64,000 bases of DNA. It comes from Ginglymostoma cirratum (lineage: Eukaryota). The DNA lies in contig JAHRHZ010000034.1 in assembly GCA_024137785.1 (NCBI GenBank), positions 26,796,920-26,860,919 on the forward strand, given 5' to 3'. The notes under the pieces were generated by a model. It ran no database searches and had not been told where the DNA came from. It saw nothing but the letters and a program-made list of their open reading frames with translations. The first letter of the stretch is position 1, and every line of letters begins with the position of its first letter. Of the stretch, positions 11,721-24,299 are shown piece by piece. A program made the position numbers and the translations under genes.

Positions 11721-12999
11721 AGTTATGGGGAAAGGGAAGGAAAGTGGACTTGAGGAATGTTGGATCAGCCATAATCCTATTGACTGGTGTAGCAGGCTTG
11801 AGGGGCCAAACGGCCTTCTCCTGTTCCTATTTCTTATAGTCTCATGGAAGCAGAGTTTGAATGTTTTAAACTGAGGGAGATTGATTCTTTATAAGCATGA
11901 GGTCTAGGGTATGGAGTTTAAAAGCAAATGTGTAGTAATCAGATCAGCTGCACTCTTGAGTGTGGTGGAATGGGCTTGATGGGCCAAGTGGCCTACTCCT
12001 GGTCCTAATTCGTATGTTTGTTTTCTTGTGTTATATGAGATTTAATTTAGTTAATTGGCACATGATTTCACAGTAAGAGATGATCATCAGATCAGATGAG
12101 ATGGTTGTTGGTCCGTGGTACCATAAAATTTGCAGACCTTTCACACATTGATCTTGTAAAGTAATGTAGACATTTGGGATATCTACATAAATAGAGCCAA
12201 TTCAAAACATTTCAGTTCCACCTCCCGAAGTTCTGTTCACTTCTCGTACTCTTTTATAATGCAATCTATTTTTTTCTGTTCTGTGAAATGTCTATTATAT
12301 TGATTCGTGGTAAGCACAGTGTGGGAAAATAATCCTCACGGTCAGCACATCTGTCTGCTTGGAAATACATGTTGTTGGAAAATATTGTCTGATTACAGTT
12401 CCTTGACAGATGCAGCATTTATGTAAATTCAGGTCCAAGCCAGTCAGTGAAACTGAAATTGAGAGCCCGTTCTTTGTTGACAGAGTGTATTAACTACTCA
12501 GTCATTTTAAGTTCTGTTTTTCTATCTGCAAGTGTTATCAGACACAACTGAACTGCTTTCCCACCAGCAAATCATTGTGACTCTTTTTTTTCCTTTTATT
12601 TTCTTCCAGGAAAACACTCGTATGCCAATTGTGTATGAACAAGTGAAGGGGTAGGGAGAAAAGCAGGGGACTAAATCAAAACGGAGTTGGAAGAGGAAGT
12701 AAAGTATTCCATCCGTTCATTTTTGTTTTTAACTATCAACCTCCTGTGTAGCCAATTTGATATTTACAAGCAAAGGCCATTATAGGCAATGAAAACCATC
12801 AAAGGGAGGAAGGGGTAGGGAGAGCAGGAAGGGGTTAAATCAAAATGGAATTGGAGGGGGAAATAAAGCAGTGTATTCCCTGCGGTGCCCACCTCTGTCT
12901 GTTTCACCTTCAAATCTACCCAGTCAATTCATCATTTCTTCCCCCTGCCGTCAATTAATCAATTACCCCAATCACCTTAACTACATGTTATATTAATAG

Positions 13000-15960
13000 A
13001 TTCCCCCTCTTTAAGCAAAATCTTTTGAAGACTTGGTGATAATCCTTGAACAAAAGTAAGCGTATTTTTCCACGTACAACATTTTAAGATTAACAAGATA
13101 TATTTTTCCAGATTCTGTACAAGCCTCCCCTTTCTTCCTTTGAACAAAAACAAAGTTTTAATCAGTTAAGTGATCCAAACACAAATTGACTTCTTTTCTT
13201 TTTATTTTAACAGCTCCTCACAGCATTGGGTTCTTTGAGGTCGCTGATAATTTGTTGGAGCAAGTACCTTTTTGTTGTGAAGCACTATGACAACTTACGA
13301 CTTGCATCGGCCCAGTTTATATTGGGAATCTCTTTACCTAACATTGTCTTTGCACAAGTAATTTCAATCTTCACCCTTTTCTCAGTGATGCTGTTAGTGA
13401 AATGTATATTGTCCCAAAGTGAATCGTTTTCGCATAGCATAATGAACAGAGTTTTCTCAGATTGTCCCTCACAAAAGGTTTCCTTTAGAAGATTGGATAA
13501 ATAAACCCCTGGATCTCTGGTTTCTACTCATGCCAGTGTTTCAGCAGCTAAGATACTGAACTACCATTTCAATTTTTTCATGACATTCTGGGCCAATGGA
13601 CAACATTTATTGTTCCTATCCATCAAGAATACATCTTTTGCTGTACCTGCAAGGCAAACTGAAAGATTGGCATGTATAAATTTGTTAAAAAGGATTAGAT
13701 TCATTTCCTCTGGGTCATGCAAAGCTGGAAACCCAAGCTTGCAGTTTTCTGAATTTCATTTCTTAAATGTATTGTTTCACTCGAGACTTCATCAACAGTT
13801 GCATGTTTCTTCATAATACTCAGTTTCAATACGTTAGAATTGACATGCAGTCTTGTTTGACTGCATAATCAGTTTAACTGTGCAATCAGACTTCTTATAG
13901 TGTGGAACTGGAGGAACACAGCAGGTCAGGCAGCATCAGAGGAGCAGTAAAGTCACCGTTTCGGATCGGGACCCTTCATCAGTCCTGCTGTGTTCCCCCA
14001 GCACCACACTGTATTGACTCTGACTCCTGCATCAGCAGTTCTTGCTGCCTTCAGTCAGACTTCTTAACTGGTCTGTGAATTGCCTGGATACAAAATCATT
14101 TTTCTATGAGGAGCCCGATTTGTCTAGATGCGGTTAACACTGTCCAAGTGAAACTGTTGACCCAAAGTCACTCCTGACTTCTGCTTTTTGTATAAACTTA
14201 TGTACTTAATGGCCCTCAAAATCTGATTTTCAATCTTCATTTCCCTTTTTATTTTATTCGTCATCTATTACTCTAATTCTGTAGACCACACCCCAAAGGA
14301 AATCACCAATGTGTGTTATAAAGCTATCTGCCAACTTACCTCTGATATCAGCCCTTATTAGGTCTGCTTTGAGCTGAACACAATCCACCTTGTTGAACTG
14401 TGAAATACCATACCGTCACTACATCATCCAACTCATTGTCGTACTTGTTTAATTTCTGCAGCTTCCCTTCTGTATGACTGGCTTCTTTAAGTAGTCAAAT
14501 ATATATTCCTTTGAAATTTTTCACCCTTTAAAACTGCGTCTTTTATCTTGTTTGACTTACGTTTCTAGAAGTATATTGTTAAAAGAGGTAAGATGTTCAA
14601 GATCACTTTTGCTACCATAAATAAATTTACACTAACATCTTGATCACCAAGTTTCTCTTAATCCTGTGCCATGGTTTTAGCCTTAGATATTTTATAAGGT
14701 GCACGTTTTCTTTGCGAGTCCTGTATGAGGCTGCCTGACCCCTATCTGGTACCTTCATATATACCCAAATTCTTTGCAGCTCTCTAGATTTATTTTTGGT
14801 GTCCTTACCAACTTAGAAACTTGTATTTGTTAGTAGCTGTCAAAATATCTTGATCATTTGGGCACCTTTATGTTGTGGTGTTCCCACCCTATTCCATAGT
14901 TCTTTTATTTTTCAAACTACAAACTCTACTTGCTGCCCCCACCTTATTCTAGGTAGTTTGACTTCATGATTTCTCCCTCTGTTGAAACAAATTCCCTCTG
15001 CAAGTTTGTTATCTTTTCCTAGAGCCGTTATCACTTCAGGGTGTGTTTTCTGGCCTCTACATTTGATCTTACCTCCAGTCACTGACCTATCACTTAACAG
15101 ATGCTTGTATTTGCTGGCTCTCCCTGCCTCCATATAATGGTGACATTGCCTGTTCACACACTCTTCTTCCACCATGGTGTCAACTCTGGGAAAATAGCCT
15201 TGTCCTAGCTCTCTGTATCATTTTCCCCTTGTTCACTCTGGCCGTAGCCTGGTCCTTTATAATTATAAGGACATATGTGTACATGAAGTGCATTATGCTT
15301 CATCACGTTTGAAACTTATTGAGATTTTGTAGTTCTGTAATCAGTGCTAGTTAAGCTCCAGGAATGCACCTTAACAGTTTGTTGGCACACTGTAAAATTA
15401 CCTTACCCAGACCTTTCCATTCTTACTATGCTTGTCTATTGCCAAGTGTTTGAATAAGAATTTATTTATGATGGCCTTATATGATGCTGGACCCTTGCCC
15501 TTGTGTGCAAGGCGTTCAAGTGCTCAGAAAAAGTGAAGCTAATTGTAGGTCTTCCAAAGTTGAGGATGATCATTGTTGATGAAGGAATTCTTGAATTTCT
15601 CCAAAAATTCAATTGATTTACTGTGGAGACCCAACTATTTAATGATTTCTTTGCATAAACTTCCCATGCCAAGGCAGTCACAAGTTTGCAACTCTGTTGG
15701 TCTGCATTTATGAAGCATGTCATCTATTATTGTGATTTCTTTCAAACAATCTGTTACTAAAGAGTCTTCGTGCTGCAGAATGCATTTCTCACAGTGCCCA
15801 TAGTTGCACGCACTAAATTCATCATTGACAATGCCCCTCCCTCCCCCACACCACCCCCACCACCATTGTTTATTAGGAATTTAGCTGGTGCCCCTTGTGT
15901 GGTCCCTATCTGCTTCTCCACTACTCTACTCATGATAGCATTTTTCTCATGGATATTCAC
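13000..15960 (-). mobile_element. Decayed Ty1/Copia LTR retrotransposon pol region (GalEa-like), INT-RT-RNaseH
   Basis: Minus-strand remnants in Copia order. Integrase: GAPAKFLINNGG (~15860-15900), ALAWEVYAKKSL, SEHLNALH (~15500-15690). RT: EFGVYMKVPDRGQ, KIKDAVLKG, GKLQKLNK, WYF, HIGDFLWG (~14290-14320), QLRSLIAQLN*LCSQTR. RNase H: CCPLA, SILAAETLA, NDSLWDNIH..TEKRVKIEI. Polypurine tract AAAGAGGGGGAA at 13012-13001. Confidence 0.85.
13898..14054. mobile_element. Inverted PLE-terminus hammerhead element inserted into the Copia RT
   Basis: 12-bp TSD TCAGACTTCTTA (13886-13897 / 14055-14066). The minus strand has CTGATGAAGGGTCCCGATCCGAAACGG. Confidence 0.85.
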
Positions 15961-16242
15961 AGCACTGAAAGAGGCCATTTGGTCTATCGTACCTGTACTC
16001 ATTTTCCAGCTCTTGGCTCACAGCATTCAAGGCTGTGCCAACACCAGTGAGTGACTACGTACTGCTTAAATGTTATGCATTTCTGTTTCAACCACTCATT
16101 AGGCAGTGACTGCCAGGCACCCATAAACCTCTGGTTGAAAATGTTTTGGTGGCGGAAGGGCATCATAGTGACATAGAGATGGACCCAGTAGTGAGAGATG
16201 TGACTGTGGCATTGGCACCGAATTGTGGCGACAGTGGAAAAG

Positions 16243-16582
16243 GGCAGCACGGTGGCACAGTGGTTAGCACTGCTGCCTCACTGCGCCAGGGACCTGCGTT
16301 CGATTCCAGCCTCGGGTGACTCTCTGTGTGGAGTTTGCACATTCTCCCCGTGTCTGCGTGGGTTTCGTCGGGGTGCTCCGGTTTCCTCCCGCAGTCCAAA
16401 GATGTGCAGGTTAGGTGGATTGGCCATGCTGAATTGCCCGTAGTGTTCAGGGAGGTGTAGGTTAGGTGGGTTGTTGGGGGGGGGGGGGGCGGAGTTGGGT
16501 GGGTCTGGGTGAGATGCTCTGAGGTTCGGTGTGGACTTGTTGGGCCAAAGGGCCTGTTTCCACACTGTAGGGCTTCTATGAT
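16243..16582 (+). mobile_element. HE1-like V-SINE, near consensus
   Basis: ggcagcacggtggcacagtggttagcactgctgcctca head, V-domain, and ggtgtggacttgttgggccaaagggcctgtttccacactgta tail shared with CR1 3' ends. Confidence 0.92.
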
Positions 16583-16875
16583 TCTCTTTTCACTGTTTTA
16601 CTGCTTTTCTCACTGTAAAATACACGTGACAACAAAAATCAATCATTCATTCAATTTTCCTCTTAAATTTAAGGTAAGAGGTGGAAGGTGATGTTTATTG
16701 GTTATTGACTACTGATGGAAAATGTGGCTTTCTATCCATCCTATCTATGCCCCTCAGTCTTGCACACCACTGTCGGGTTCCCCCTCAACCTTGGTTGCTC
16801 TGCGGAAGACAGTTGCAGATCAGCCGGTCCAATCTTTCAGCGTGTTTCAGATCCCCAAGTCAGGCCGCACCCCAG

Positions 16876-17103
16876 TAAATCTCAGCAGGTGTGGCAACAT
16901 CTGTGAAGAAAAAAATCAGAGTTAACATTTCGAATCTGGTGACCCTTCCTCAGAATTGAGGAACAGTTCTGGCGAAGGGTCACCGGACCCGAAACGCTAA
17001 CTCTGATTTTTTTTCTTTACAGATGCTACCAGACCTGCTGGGCTTTCCAGTAACTTCTGTTTTTGTTCCTGATTTACAGCATCTGCAGTTCTTTTGGTTT
17101 TTA
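16876..17103. mobile_element. Palindromic PLE-terminus hammerhead element (family B)
   Basis: Left arm ...gagttaacatttcgaatctggtgacccttcctcag is the reverse complement of right arm ctggcgaagggtcaccggacccgaaacgctaactctg... Confidence 0.85.
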
Positions 17104-17224
17104 TCCTGGTAAGTCTCTTCTGCAGCCTCTCTGTAATGTGGTGACCAGAACTGCATACGCTACTCCAGTTGTGAAATAACCAGTCTGTTATACAGTTCCA
17201 ACATAGCCTCCCTGCTCGTTTGCC

Positions 17225-17520
17225 TTTATTCAGAGTCACCCGTAGTGCTGTGGGTCAGGAGTTGCCTGTCCGCTAGAGCTGGTCAGGATGACTGATCTCC
17301 TTCCATCAAGGACATTAGTGAACTGGGTGGATTCTTTTTTTGCACAACTATCAACTGTGGTTACATGGTCACCATTAGGCTATCTTTTAATTCTGTATTT
17401 TTATTGGATTAAAATTTCATTATCAGCTTTGATGGAATTCAAATGAATGGCAGCAGAGTATTAGCCTGGTGTTCTGGATTACTCGCCCAGTGACATTATC
17501 ACTGTGCCACCACTTCCCCT
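17225..17520 (-). mobile_element. tRNA-derived SINE, same family as 5677-7135
   Basis: ggacattagtgaactgggtgg...ctggattactcgcccagtgacattatcactgtgccacc is the reverse complement of that family's head and body. Confidence 0.7.
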
Positions 17521-19089
17521 TGAATTGGACAAACATCTAGAACCTCTTAATTAAATCAGGCAAAATTAGTTAGAAGTTATAAATGATTAATTATCTATGT
17601 GAAGTTTTTAGCTGTACTTATGGTATTTCTTTATTGTAAACCGTGTAAATCCAGTTTCCATTTTATTGCAATGACAGATGAAATTTTTTTTATATTATCC
17701 CATACTTTCAAGTCCATTGCTACAATTTAGCTATCTTGCTCATGGGATACTCACTGTGCTGTTGTGGAGTCCTCCTATATTTTCCACGTGCAATTTATTG
17801 CTGATCTCATCTATAACTTCTGGCACTCATTACCCCTTAACCCTGCATCCTTTGGTAAGATTTTTAACTTGTGAGAAGCTGATTATGCAAACTGCAGTTA
17901 GGTCTTGCTAAGGGATCACGGTAATGTGTAGATTTTGTAAACTGTAAACTCACTGACTTTCCAAAAACATTGCTTTGTCGTATTCCATGCCAAGTTTTGT
18001 TTGAGCCTTTCTCATACAAGGCCTGCTTAATAATAAGGGTATTTACATGGCAGTATTTCTGTACTGGTAAAGCACTTTGTCCCAGCTGTTTAGTAAGGAA
18101 TCAGCACTCTTTTCAGTGATCTCAATATTTTGTTATTCCCAAACTTGAAGCAGGTAGAGCTGTCAAGTTGCTTCACCTTATTTTGGTCCTTATTACTAGA
18201 AGAGTCTAGGTAATATGTTAAATCGATGCACATACCATGCAAACTGTTGTAGGTGGTGTTTGTTGTAGATGATGAGAGGAGATCTGTGAGAGGGAAGTGA
18301 ATGACTGTGAAAGGAATGGCCTGTCTATTAAAGAGCGAGTGTAACTTTCATAATTTAGTCAAAGCTCTGTGGCAGGTATTGCTGCTTCTTGGAGTTCTTA
18401 ATCCCAAAGTTTCAGCTCGCTTGCAGTCTGGACCATGCCTTGGAAAGTCTTTTACAAGAGCAAATTCAGTCCTACTGTATTGTATCATATTGAAATTGGA
18501 GCTGTTATAGATGTTCCAATTTCCAGTCTTAGAAGACAGCTATTTTGAAACCTCTGTTTTCTCGCTATGAAAGATATGAACTTCAATCAGGTAAAGGTAA
18601 ATACCACAACATATTTAGTGAAGCAAACTGTCAACTTCTCTCGAAAGTGAATTTAATGTGAAACCACAACTGTAGAAAATATTATTTCGGTAAAATTTGT
18701 ATTAGTATCGATTGCAGGGGAAGATTGTAGTGGAAGGTAGTTGACCTGGAATATCCTGCAGAACATTTCCTGCATTTACTGTTTTGTATTCCATATGTAG
18801 AATATTATTGTCATTATTTTGATTTTAAACTTAAGTTGCTTTTTTCTCTTAGAAGCAACTGGATGTTCTTGCAGTTTCTTTTAAAATTTAAAAATGTGAA
18901 CAGAATCCTTTAGGAAAGGAAAATTAAGTTTCAGACTCAGATTAGCAGGACAAACAGTAAGCGAAGGAGGTAATTTGTAATTCTCTGCAAAAATATATCT
19001 CAGTAAATAGGAAAGATTCTGGGTAAAGGATAAACCAACCATGGATAACCAAGGAAGTTAAGGAGCATATTAACTCAGAAGAAACTAGG

Positions 19090-19470
19090 ATGTTACCTGG
19101 GCTGGTAAGTTTCAGTTATGAGGAGAAAATGGGTTTGTTTTCCTTGAAGCAAAGAGGGGGATCTGTTTGAGGTATGCAAAATTATGAGAGGCATAGAGCA
19201 GATCATGAGAATCTGTTCCCCATGGCAGACATGCCTAAGACCAGAGGGTGTAAGGTGAGGGGCAAGTAGTTTAGAGGAGATCTGAGAAAAAGCTTTTCCA
19301 CCCGGAGGGTAGTAAATATAAGGAAGGTGCTGCCTGATGATGGAGGCATGTACTGTCATAACAATTGAGGTATCTGGCTAAGTACTTAAAATGCCAGGGA
19401 AAAGTAGGCTATGGATCAAGCGCAGTTTAGTGTAGTTTGCTGTTTGTTGGTTGGTTAGCTTCCTTGGTTA
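19090..19470 (+). mobile_element. Old CR1 LINE 3' fragment
   Basis: aggatgttacctggg...agttatgaggag...agaggggggatctg...aggagatctgagaaaaagcttttccacccggagggtagt. Confidence 0.7.
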
Positions 19471-19663
19471 GCCATGGTTGGTTTATCCCTCTCTTAGAAT
19501 TTTTCCTCCTTGCTGAGATAGGCTGAGAGTCATGAATTCTTTCTTTAAATGTTTGCCACTGCTTGTTACTGTCTCTCTTGCTAAGCTGAAACTGAAACTT
19601 ATTTTCCTTTCCTGAGCATTCTGTGCAGTTGTTTTAAATAAAAACAACCTCCAAGAAAATCTA

Positions 19664-20213
19664 AGATAACAAGTATGGGGCTGGATGAACACAGCAGGTC
19701 AAGCAGCATTATAGGAGCAGGAAAACTTGACGTTTCGGGCCTAAACCCTTCATCAGAAACCCTTTTTTNNNNNNNNNNNNNNNNNNNNNNNNNNNNNNNN
19801 NNNNNNNNNNNNNNNNNNNNNNNNNNNNNNNNNNNNNNNNNNNNNNNNNNNNNNNNNNNNNNNNNNNNNNNNNNNNNNNNNNNNNNNNNNNNNNNNNNNN
19901 NNNNNNNNNNNNNNNNNNNNNNNNNNNNNNNNNNNNNNNNNNNNNNNNNNNNNNNNNNNNNNNNNNNNNNNNNNNNNNNNNNNNNNNNNNNNNNNNNNNN
20001 NNNNNNNNNNNNNNNNNNNNNNNNNNNNNNNNNNNNNNNNNNNNNNNNNNNNNNNNNNNNNNNNNNNNNNNNNNNNNNNNNNNNNNNNNNNNNNNNNNNN
20101 NNNNNNNNNNNNNNNNNNNNNNNNNNNNNNNNNNNNNNNNNNNNNNNNNNNNNNNNNNNNNNNNNNNNCTTGTTATCTCGGATTCTCCAGCATCTGCAGT
20201 ACCTTTTATCTCT
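19664..20213. mobile_element. Palindromic PLE-terminus hammerhead element (family A) containing a 400-N assembly gap
   Basis: 15-bp TSD CTCCAAGAAAATCTA (19649-19663 / 20214-20228). The minus-strand core CTGATGAAGGGTTTAGGCCCGAAACGTC is intact. The arms are inverted. Confidence 0.85.
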
Positions 20214-20439
20214 CTCCAAGAAAATCTAGTTGCTTGCAAGATAAAAAGCAGCTTAAGTTTAAAATTGAAATGATAATATTCTACATAAAGAAAGCAAAAC
20301 AGAAAATGTGGGAAATATTCAGCAGGATGTTTCACGTCGATTACCCTCCAACAGAAATTGTCAGAAATATTCTACAAACTTCATCTCTTACCCTCTGTTC
20401 GACTCTAATGCAAATTTTGTTTTATTTTACTTTGTAGAG

Positions 20440-21258
20440 AGTTATTGATAAGTGGGCAAAACGTTGGCAAATAGAGTATGACGTGGAAAATTGTGATGTT
20501 CATTTTGGAAAGGAAAACAAAAGAACGGAATATTATTTAAATGGAGAAAAACTGCAGAAAGCTGCAACACAAAGGGACTATGGGATAGTTGTACTAGTAC
20601 ACAGCTGCAGCAGGTAATCAGGAAGGCTCATAGCATGATGGCTCTTATTTCAAGGGGGTTGGAGCATAAGAGTGGGAAAGTCTTACTGGAACCATACAAG
20701 ACACTGGTAAGACCACATCTGGAGTACTATGAGTAGTTTTGGTCTCTTATTTATGCAAAGGTACTGTTGCATTGGAGGCACTTTCGAGAAGGTCATGAGA
20801 ATGACTGGGGGAGGATTGGTACGGAGGGATTGCCTTATGAGCAAATACTAAACAGGTTGGGACTCTACTCATTCGAATGAGAAGAATAAGAGGTGATCTC
20901 ATTGAAACATATAGAATTCGTTAGGGGTTTGACAAAATAAATGCTTAGATGATGTTCCCCCTCATGGAAGAGTATAGGACTAGAGGACATAGGCTCAGAA
21001 TAAAGGGGTGCCATTTTAAGACTGGAATGAGGAGGAAATTCTTTGATTGAGTGTCTTTGGAACTCCTTGCCTTAGAACGCTATGGGGGCATAGTCCTTGT
21101 GTGTATTGAAGGCTGAGATAGATTCTTAATCAGTAGGAAATCAAGGGTTATGGGGAAAGGGCAGGAAAGTGCACATGAGGAATAATCCTATTGAATGGTG
21201 TTGCAGGCTCAAGGACCAAGCCGTCTTCTCCTGTTCCTGTTTCTTATTGTCTTATGGA
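20440..21258 (+). mobile_element. Decayed CR1 LINE 3' part
   Basis: acactggtaagaccacatctggagtac (TLVRPHLEY), gaggtgatctcattgaaacatatagaatt, and tail ctcctgttcctgtttcttattgtcttatg. Confidence 0.85.
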
Positions 21259-23254
21259 CTTACCGATTTTCAGCATATGCATATTTTGCCTTTATTTTAA
21301 GTAGAGCCAAGTATCATTAACTTCCAGTGGAAGCCACATCAAAGCATAGTACCTCATCAAGGCATGGTACCTCCAAACACTTGGGATGCCAATGAGATTA
21401 GAACCCAGTGATGGGACTGAAACTTGAACCAGAGTTAAATGTGCCATCAACTGTGGCAAGAAGACACACTAATTGAATTGGTCTATTATAGATTTCAAGA
21501 CATGTTACGTTTTTAGTGAACATAGCAATGCATCACTGATTTTAAATACCTGTATTCTTATTTTCAGTAGAATGTTTTTCTATTTATGTAACATTCTTTG
21601 TATTTAGTGTATATTTTAATAATATGAGAAGCTTCCAGCCTGAAATAGAGAATCAACTCCTGTGAAACAGACTTTCTGAAATTAAATTTGTCAAAGGTTC
21701 ATCTTTGACTCGATTCCTTAATTCCATTTCTTTCTTGCTGTTTTTATTTTGCTAATGTATGTATTGATGTTGGACTCTATTTTGAGTGACGGATATTAGC
21801 ATTCAGGAGGAATTATTCAGTTCTCAATTTGAAAGATTAGGGAGTCAACTTAAGTCAACAAACAACAGCCTTATATTTGTGTATATGTAGTTGAAACATA
21901 AGCTTTTAACACATCAGATTAGTGTCAGCAATTAGATTATACAACTAATTGCATTTCTTGAAAAAAACAAACGCATGATGATTTTTTATCTTTCGCTGTA
22001 AATTCTCCTAATCTGATAGAATTCTCTCGGATCTAGATATTTTCATTCTTTTTATTTGTGGAATGTGTTCCTAAAATTACTATCATGTTAAGATAACATG
22101 GTTAGTCCTGTAGGAATTATATATTGCTCTAAATGGACTAAGCCAAATGGAAGTAACATTAAGTAGGCCTTGAGATAAATTTGTTATCTAGCCAACAGTT
22201 GATGCTTCTTTCCCGTCAATGACTTGCAAGATAAATGACTGCAGTTGCAAAGTACTGTATTACATGGGGTGTAACACTGTATGGACTATCTTGTTCAGAT
22301 GCTTGGCAGTGATGGTAGGTGCTGTGGTGATTGTGTTGGCCAGGCTATTATGTTATTGCAGGTGAAGAGAAAACATAACCATGGAGATATGAAAACCAGA
22401 AGTGGGTGTATATTACATTTGAGCAAACCATCAATATGTCTATGGTAAAATAGTTCTGTCAATGAATTCACTGTCAATAAACCTTCATTACATTTTTGTT
22501 TCACTTGTCTGAACTATATTTCATTAAATCTACATTTATAATATATCGTTCATATAAAGTTGTCACCCTGTAATTCAGCCTGGCAACCAGACTGTATGTT
22601 ATTGTTCTCTCAAATAGTTAAAATGCTTTTTGAAAAATTTTGATTTGCAATTTTCTTTGTAATATGACATTTCTGATGTCCAAAGTAAGCACTTATACAA
22701 AAAAGTAGAAGCGAACACCATTTACCAGTAATGGTTACATTTATCAATTGAGTTGATTCTCGTAACAAATTTTCCCTGCTCTAAGCGAGGATCGACTTGT
22801 CAAAAAGGGAAGGTTGATCAGACTGTTTCCTGGAATGGCAGATTTGTTGTGTGAGGAGACATATAAACTCCTAGAGACTAAAGGTATCAAAGGAGTGTGG
22901 AGAGTGTGTGAATATGGTGTTCAGATTGATGTTTGATGTGCTGAATGGCCTAAACCTGCTCCAATTTTTATGTTTCCATGTGATTTTATGCATTCTTTTT
23001 GAAAGTTAGAGGAGTTACATCAAAGCTAGAGTTTGCATTGAATGCTTACTGTGACGATAAGTTAGATTTTGATTGTCAGTTTTCTCCAACTTGCCAGAAT
23101 GAACAGTGTGTTTGTCTTTCATGTGAATGGGATTCTTGGTCACAGTCTGTTTTAAGAAAGATTATTTTAAAAGTAACAAGTTTTTTGTTTTGGTTTAGTC
23201 TTGGTACAGACGCATTTAGTCAATAAAGCTGGGTTAGTAATCCAGAGGAAAATG

Positions 23255-23597
23255 AAGCAAAATACTGTGAATGCTGAAATCTGAAATAAAAACTGAAATT
23301 GTTGGAGAATGTCAGCAGATCTGCCAGCATCTGTGGAGAGAAACAGAGTTAATAGTTCAAGTTCAACGATTCTTCTTTGGAACTCAACTTTAGTTCTGAA
23401 GGAGTTGTTGGGCTAACTTGATCTACATTTCTCTCTTCACAGATATTGCCAGACAGCACTCCCTCTTACTTTTTCGATGTGTGCACCTCAGGACTTGCAT
23501 CAGCTCACCGTCTGAGGTGTGTGGAATCTCGGTAAGCACGTTTTAAAGTGAACGCTGCTAGATCTGCTGAGTTTCTAATTCACTTTTGTGTTTAGGT
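23255..23597. mobile_element. Older palindromic PLE-terminus element
   Basis: cagcagatctgccagcatctgtggagagaaacagagttaa...tctgaaggag...cacagatattgccaga...gatctgctgagtttc inverted arms. Confidence 0.65.
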
Positions 23598-23649
23598 TTT
23601 ATTAATTCAGACCAGAGGCATACGTATAACTTTGTCATAACTACCCGAC

Positions 23650-24280
23650 TATTGGAATAAGTAAATAGTGTAGATAGAAGCATAAAAATGTATATTTGTT
23701 AATTAAGTTATGGGAAATGCTTGGCAGATAAATTTCAATGAAAGTAGGTGTGAAGTAATTCATTTTTGACCAGAAGTGGTTGGGAATGAGCATTAATTTA
23801 GCGAAAAGCTGGGAAAAGTTGGAGATCAAAGGGATTTAGAAGTCTGTGTGCGCAAAGCTCAAAAATGATGTAGTCAGGAACAAAGAAAAAGACTCAAAGA
23901 AGGAGTGAACCTTCAGAACATGAGGCCTAAAGTTACAAGTGTGAAAATATTGCAACTGCTGTACAAATCGTTTGTGTGACCATGTCTGGAGTCCTATGTA
24001 CTATCGTAGGTATTGCACCTGAGGATTTTTAGTAAGTTTTTTGAAAGCAATGCAGCACAGATTCACTAGAACATTGACAGGACTTTATGGGTTGGATTAC
24101 ATAAATCAAGCTCTGGATTTACTGCTGTGTTGAAGGTTATCAGATGATGAGATCCAGGTTTTCAGAATTTTGAAAAGAATTGTTAGGGTAGACTGAGAGA
24201 AGTCTTTTCCATTAGTGAGGTAATAGAGATCAGAGCCAGGCATTGTGTAACAAAGTTACTTCTTTACGCAAAGGATCATT
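23650..24280 (+). mobile_element. Very old CR1 fragment
   Basis: tggcagataaatttcaatg...gtgtgaagtaattcatttt; gaccatgtctggagt; agattcactagaa; ttctttacgcaaagg. Confidence 0.6.
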
Positions 24281-24299
24281 TCGCCACATAACGAAATCA

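Noticed and set aside
12585-12640. Strong + strand acceptor (ttttcttccag|g, 12609) as candidate ZEB exon 2
   Set aside because: Phase-1 reading gives GKHSYANCV* with no similarity to the ZEB exon 2 consensus (V.NY..VV....DEEDKL).
1243-16582. tRNA genes suggested by A/B-box-like motifs
   Set aside because: They are SINE heads continuing into V-domains and LINE-derived tails; no full cloverleaf.
19599-20335. ~200-aa ORFs in three frames
   Set aside because: They are mostly X residues from the 400-N gap.
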